A DNA stretch of 64,000 nt from Eledone cirrhosa (taxonomy: Eukaryota), in contig OZ024748.1 of NCBI GenBank assembly GCA_964016885.1, positions 4,650,001 through 4,714,000 of the forward strand, read 5' to 3'. This document shows, piece by piece, positions 57,373 to 64,000 of the stretch. The first letter of the stretch is position 1, and each line of letters starts with the position of its first letter. The notes under the pieces are model-generated. The model had not been told where the DNA came from and did no database searches. It worked only from the letters and a program-made list of their open reading frames with translations. A program made the translations under genes and the position numbers.

Positions 57373-57916
57373 ATGTATATGTATGCATGTATATATATAT
57401 ATATAAATAAATAAATATATATATATAAAGTAAAGAAAAAATATATAGTATGTATATGTGTATGTGTATATATATATATGTGTGTGTATGTATATATATA
57501 TATATATGTGTGCGTGTGTATGTATATATATATATTAATGTACATATAATATATATATATGTATATATAGAGAGAGAGAGAGGAGGAGAAAGAGAGAAAG
57601 AAAATATGTGTGCACGTGTTAGTGTGTGTAGTATTTTCAGAATTGTATACTTCACAATTCAAATAGAGAATCACATATTTTGAGAAAAAACTCTTAATGA
57701 GTAGCTCAATAAAGATGTTAAACCCTAGTTGAAAACAAAACAATGTAAACAATACACTACAACGTAAAATTTATTAAGATGGCGATGTATTTATTTTGTA
57801 AATTTATGATAATGTTTCATATTTCCTTATTAATTCTGTGAATGTTGGTTTGAAAAAATAGCGTTTCTTAGGCTATACGAGTTCATAGGCTGATAATTTC
57901 ATAGACTAACCATGAT

Positions 57917-58181
57917 ACTCTGAAATTCTTATATCTAAAAATATAGGGTATGTTTAATAAATAAACATTTGCAAGCTCAGCTATGAATATTGAAATGCTG
58001 ACGGACAGCGCCGTCTAGCGGATTCTAGCAAGAACAACGAAGGATAACTACCTATACGTATTTCGAGTTGAAGGCTCTCGTCGTTACAGAGAGTCCACTA
58101 GCCTTTCAATATTCACAGCTGGGCTTTCATAATGTTTATTTATTAAACATACCGTATATCTTCAGATATACGAAATTCACA
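57917..58181. mobile_element. Older fold-back element (~88-bp imperfect arms) with a decayed HHR in the loop (58048-58089 minus)
   Basis: Arms share GGTATGTTTAATAAATAAACATT...AGCT.TGAATATTGAAA; loop reads ACGACGA-GAG ccttcaa CTC-GAA-ATACGTAT-A on minus. Confidence 0.6.
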
Positions 58182-58325
58182 GACATATATGTATACAGCT
58201 ATGTTGAAGCTGAATTTTAATTATATATATATATCCAGGGGGTGTAACACGAAGTTACTGTAGGTTCACCCGGGTGAGCACTCTATGATTAGGTTCATGT
58301 CAGTATCTGTCATTACTACCATAGA

Positions 58326-58410
58326 GGTCTGACGAGCTTTTGATTCCAGAGTCGGGCCAAATCGATACAGATCGAACCTTGAGCTGATCAGTAGAGAAAC
58401 GCGTGTCACC
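58326..58410 (+). ncRNA. Type I hammerhead motif with extended (~60 nt) stem II
   Basis: GGT-CTGACGA-[long hairpin]-GAA-AC gcgt GT-C-ACC; AATAAA at 58415; homolog of 9130. Confidence 0.72.
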
Positions 58411-58477
58411 AACCAATAAATATAATAAATGAGTAACAATTCGTCCTTGTAATATTAATATATATAAATATATTTTA

Positions 58478-58539
<62 letters not shown>

Positions 58540-58591
58540 GAACTGCAACTCCATCATTTATTCATTTTGCTTATATATATATGTATGTGTA

Positions 58592-58633
<42 letters not shown>

Positions 58634-58685
58634 TTTCTGAATTTGTTTAGCAAGATTCTTTATCTGAAAACGTGTGTTGAAACCG

Positions 58686-59130
58686 ATATTGTTATACTTT
58701 GGGAGGGTCATGTTGCCAATAAGAAACACACGCACCAGTTGCATTCATTCCAATTTATTATAAATTAAATTTATAAATTTAAGAATTTATAAATTTCCGG
58801 TTGGTTGGTTGGTTCCACAACCAGACGATTGTTCATATATTATCAAAGTTCTTTCGTCACACATTCTGTGACCTCTTCAGTGACTGGGGATTCTTTTCTT
58901 TTCTTTGTTTTTGTGCCTCTCCTTTGTTCTGTCCTACGCCACTGTCACTGAAGAGGTCACAGAATGTGTGACGAAAGAACTTTGACAATATATGAACAAC
59001 CATCCGGTTATGGAACCAACCAACCAACCAACCGGAAATTTATAAATTTAATTTATAATAAATTGGAGTGAAAGCAACTGGTGCGTGTGTTTCTTATTGG
59101 CAACATGACCCTCCCAAAGCATAACAATAT
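58686..59130. mobile_element. Fold-back element with ~190-bp arms and a ~59-nt spacer
   Basis: Highly similar inverted arms flanked by (TA)n; one HHR per arm. Confidence 0.85.
58943..58987 (+). ncRNA. Intact minimal type I hammerhead motif (mirror 58842-58884 on minus)
   Basis: TGTCA-CTGAAGA-G GTCAC agaatgt GTGAC-GAA-AG aa CT-T-TGACA. Confidence 0.8.
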
Positions 59131-59656
59131 ATATATATAACTACTTTCACACAGTCCGCTTTTCCTTCAGTCTAACTCTCTCACCCACACTCTCTTTCTC
59201 ATCAAATATTCTCATTGCCCAATTTACATTAGAACTGAAGGTAGAGATTTGATGATTAAAAACCAAGAATGGAAAATTAAAAAAAGTAGGAAAGGAAAGA
59301 GTATGAAAGAAAACAAAAAACAAAGACTGTCTTCATAACAGATGTAAAATACACAAAAAGCGCCCCCTAACTGCGGTTATATGAAGCACCAAACTTACAG
59401 TCTTCTTTATCTTTCTCTATCTTTCTACCACCTCTCTTTTCTATTGTTTCATTTGTATGTGAGTAAATATTTACATATACAGATAGATGTATCCACCATA
59501 CTCACATACAAACAAGCTAGCAAACACACACACAGTATATGTATGTGTACGTATGTATCTATATCTTTGATTCATAACATATTTACCAAATGTTCGAGAG
59601 ATTTCAATGATATGATACAACACACAAACACACATACGTACACACTTTCACACACT

Positions 59657-59728
<72 letters not shown>

Positions 59729-60667
59729 TATATATATGTATATATATAGTAGACATATACATATATAAAGATAGATAGATAGATAACATAGACATATTCA
59801 TATACATACATACACACACACACACACCCATATTTATAAGTCTACATCTGTCAACTACTTGCTGAGAGCTCAGTGGCTGGGTACTGAGAAGCTCTCTCTA
59901 CGATGGAAACCCAACAGTGTTTCTAAACCCCACTCTGGAAATAATTCACTCTAAGTAGTCTTGAGACTAAAGCCTACAACTCTTATCTTGTAGTAACCCC
60001 CAGACCTTATCTACCAGCTGTAGAAATTACAAAAATATACAAAACTCTTCACACGTTACGGCTTTCTTTCTCTTCGTCTTTATATTTCCACTCTACTCAG
60101 TTTAAGCCTGAAGGAAAAGAAAAATGGGACGGCCTCTGTCGGAATGTCTTTGATCGTGGGTTGTTTTCATCATGGGTGACATAGGGTTAAGCGGCAGCAA
60201 TGACAATAACGCGGCTACCTTCCATGGAGAGCCAGCATGAACGATACTCGATTATAGAAAATTCTTAAAGTTCTCGTTGGAAACTTTGGTGTACAGGAGA
60301 AAAAAAAGGAACAATGTGTAAAACAATAAGACAAGCGTGAATTATCGTCAAGCCTTCAAATTCTTTCTTAACATTCTTTGGCAACAGTTTGGTATTTAAC
60401 TCTTTCCTTACCATATTTCTAATGTAACACACTGTACATGATTTTTAAACACAAACAATCAAGAATTTGAAAATATTTATTAATATATAGCTAACGTATT
60501 TATATGGTGATAGAAACATGATTTAACAAAAGGTTCTAAAGTGTTTTGAAAAATATGAATATTTTAAAATCAATGAATTTGTATAATAGAACCAAGGACG
60601 GTTTCAAGCCGTTTGGTATCAAATGGACATACAAGAAAATATTTTAAAAGGTAAAGTATTTTCATTA

Positions 60668-61056
60668 AACTTCTTATGGTTTTTTTAAAGAATTAGTAGC
60701 TGAGATCAACAGTTTACGAACAATATTCACTCAGTTAAAACAGCTTATACGGTCTCATTCATCGACCGCTAAACTTAAAATTTAGATAAATAATATATAA
60801 AATATAAACTTGCATAGTTTAAAGCAACAAGTGCGACTTAGCTGAACTACTGATCAACTTCTTATAATTTTTAGAGAATTAGTATCGGAGATCAATAATT
60901 TGTGAAGAATGTTCACTCAGTAAAATCAGCTTCTACGATCTCATTGATCCACAGCTAAAATTAAAATCTATTTGAACCATATATATAAAACATAAACTTA
61001 TAAACTTACATAGTTTAAATCAGCAAGTACGACTTCGCTGAGCCAGTGATCAACTT
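60668..61056. repeat. Diverged tandem duplication, period ~188 bp
   Basis: AACTTCTTAT...AGAATTAGTA..GAGATCAA...TTCACTCAGT...CATAGTTTAAA...CGACTT.GCTGA...TGATCAACTT occurs twice. Confidence 0.85.
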
Positions 61057-61566
61057 GAGCCACATCATATGAATCAAATATTTGATCAATTTAATGCACC
61101 CGCTATAAATTCGTTGATCCACTGATTAATTTGACTCCCATCATATACAACAGAAATACATTCTAAAAGATTTTCTCGTCTGACTTCACTGATCACTTAC
61201 TGTTCCAGCATGTAAAGGGGGACGGCAAGAAAATTAGAAATCATGTTTATCCTTGTTGTTGATAATAATATTGCTGGTTCATATTCTTATCGTTATGATC
61301 CTCCGCCTCTTTTTCCTCCACCACCACAAACACCACCATCGCCACCAGCACCTCCGCCACCGCCACCACCACCTTCTTGCGTCGGCGTCCTTGTTTTTGT
61401 TTTTGAACTGTTTATTGTTGTTGCTGTTCTTGCCGATATTAATTTGCTCTCCCCCATCCGTTCATCCTCTCCCACACCACCCCACGACATCTTAAAGTGG
61501 ATACATCTTGAAAGATTGTTTGGAATATTATCAAGAGTATATATATATATATATATATATATGTCA

Positions 61567-61627
<61 letters not shown>

Positions 61628-61724
61628 AAGAGATATACACACATATATATACATACATGTACACAAATACACACACCCACATACACATACTCCCCCCCCC
61701 CCACACACACATATATATATATAC

Positions 61725-61756
<32 letters not shown>

Positions 61757-61794
61757 TTATACTTGTTCCGAGTCAAGAGTCGATTAAAAAAAAG

Positions 61795-61845
<51 letters not shown>

Positions 61846-61966
61846 TTTGTATTTTGTTAGTATATATATATCTATATATATATACGCTAAAATATAACAG
61901 GCAGATTAAAAAGAAAGCAAAATATAAAACAAAAATGGTGAGAGAAGTTTGTATTTAAGTAGATTT

Positions 61967-62033
61967 AAACCTTACGGTAAGACGACCCTATTTACCGTTT
62001 CAACACACTTAATACGGAGTGTTTAAGAGGTCC
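61967..62033 (-). ncRNA. Decayed HHR with long stem III and damaged core
   Basis: GGACCT/AGGTTT stem I; GAA-ACGGTAA...TTACCGT-A; CTGANGA reduced to CTTAA. Confidence 0.45.
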
Positions 62034-62098
62034 TTACAAACCATTATAGTTAAGTATGTCTCCGCCTACTATTCAAAATTTATAGCGTGTACACATGG

Positions 62099-62134
<36 letters not shown>

Positions 62135-62207
62135 ATTGAAATTTCCGTTGGAAACAGAAAAGGTCATAGAAGTGAAGAGTGCTCTATGTAAGTATCAGAG
62201 CAAAATT

Positions 62208-62405
62208 TAATGTATAAAAATCAATACAATATAATTACCTCATTACCAGAGGTTTCCCGAATGAAGCGAATACGAAAGAAACGTCTTCATTCGTTCGTCA
62301 GACGAGGCAATCTGACGAACGAATGAAGACGTTTCTTTCGTATTCGCTTCATTCGGGAAACCTCTGGTAATGAGTTAATTATATTGTATTGATTTTTATA
62401 CATTA
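62208..62405. mobile_element. Fold-back element with near-perfect ~95-bp arms
   Basis: Arms meet across the 8-nt spacer CGAGGCAA (62303-62310); (TA)n on the right flank. Confidence 0.85.
62234..62311 (-). ncRNA. Intact type I hammerhead motif with 10-bp stem I
   Basis: ATTGCCTCGT-CTGACGA-A CGAATGAAG...CTTCATTCG G-GAA-ACC tct GGT-A-ATGAGGTAAT. Confidence 0.85.
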
Positions 62406-62432
62406 TATATATATATATATATATTATAATAA

Positions 62433-62928
62433 TGGTTTCTGTTAGGCGCAAGGCCACCAATATTGCAGGAAAGGAAAGTCGATTAACTCAGTTCCAGTGT
62501 ATTACTGGTATTTTATTTTATCGACCCTGTAAAGATGAAAGGTAAAGCTACCCTCGGCCGGATTTGAACTCAGATCGTAAAGAATCGTAACTATATGTCA
62601 CAAAGCATGTTGTACGACGATCTACCGACACTGACAATACACCCTCCTCTTAATAATAATAATAGCAATACTGGTTTCTTTTATAGGCACAAGGCCAACA
62701 ATTTTGGGGGAGGGGAAAGTCGAATAAATCGACCCCAGTGCGTGACTGGTACTTTATTTTATCGACCCCGTAAGGATGAAGGTAAAGTTAACTACAAATC
62801 TCACCGAGGTTAACTTTGCCTTTCATCCTTACGAGGTCGATAAAATAAAGTACCAGTAATGCACTGGGTCGATTTAATCGACTTTTCCTTCCTCCAAAAT
62901 TGATGGCCTTGTGCCTATATAAGAAACC
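62433..62928. mobile_element. Three S1 SINEs: 62433-62643 minus, then an inverted truncated pair 62672-62792 minus and 62801-62928 plus
   Basis: S1 long-variant consensus in both orientations. Confidence 0.88.
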
Positions 62929-63029
62929 AATAACAGTAATAATAATAATAAAATATGTGAGTGAGTGTGTGTGTGTGTATGTATATGTATATGTATCCAA
63001 ATACTCTCTCGCAAACCCATACTCACTCA

Positions 63030-63119
<90 letters not shown>

Positions 63120-63419
63120 ACCGTATGTGTGAAAATAGTAGATAAGAAAATATTCAAATTTCATGTAACAAATCTACTCGTTACTACGTATGGATGTGAA
63201 GAAACATCTTGTATAAGAAGTGTAGGCTCTAACCAGTCGGCGAAACTTGTATTACATACAAATGACATTATTGATATAATATAAATTATGTTACCCTTTA
63301 TTCTAAGTATAGAGCTCTGTCGTCAGATTATGTTTGTAACCTGTAAATCCTACGTTTTATAGTGTTTTATATTAACCACATTGATATATATATATATATA
63401 TATATACGTAGATGGGTAT

Positions 63420-63456
<37 letters not shown>

Positions 63457-63626
63457 TTCATACATAAACATACGCAAACATACATATATGCAGACATTAA
63501 GCTTCAGTTGAAGACAACGGACCTCATAAATCAACAGAGGTGTCAGCTGTGACAAAGAATCAAGGTAACAAACAACTTCTAACTCATATATATATATATA
63601 TATATGTGTATATGTATATATATGTG

Positions 63627-63700
<74 letters not shown>

Positions 63701-64000
63701 CATCTATGCATACATGTATTTATATATTGTGTAGTTAATACGAAGCATTGTGAAACATATAGTAAAATACATAAAATCCTTTTTTTAAAGCGGCTACAAT
63801 GTGTTAGAAAAATACGAAGGGCTAAAGATGACAAACGAAACAAAACAAAACAAAGTAATGTTTTACCCAATATATTTCAACATGATATTTCGGGGTTAAA
63901 ACCCTCTTTCTAGATGCGAAACTGAAAGTGTCCACCAGCAAAACAAACGAGCGATCTGAGTTTTCTTCCCTAACTGATCTATGTGTTTACAAAACGCATG

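Overview
AT-rich, microsatellite-saturated eukaryotic non-coding DNA. The repeat families look like those of a coleoid cephalopod, most likely Octopus (inferred from remembered SINE consensus sequences, not verified). Essentially all ORFs in the supplied track are translations of (TA)n, (CA)n, (GA)n, (GAA)n or (GGT)n repeats. No gene can be called with confidence; there is one possible minus-strand terminal exon at 5956-6225. The window holds about 20 copies of one tRNA-derived SINE, several other SINE fragments, MITE and LINE remnants, and several minisatellites. The main hidden signal is roughly 25-30 type I hammerhead-ribozyme (HHR) motifs, read by eye as stem I-CTGANGA-stem II-GAAA-stem III-TH-stem I'. 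About a dozen have intact cores. They lie in 100-450 bp elements, mostly inside (TA)n tracts, and often form fold-back inverted repeats whose turning points sit at ribozyme landmarks. This matches truncated or inverted pseudo-LTR remnants of Penelope-like retroelements (PLEs) or non-autonomous derivatives, from many distinct families. They include a U3:A8 core-variant family and a family with an extended stem II whose tip is flipped between copies. All folds are manual and no cleavage activity is demonstrated.
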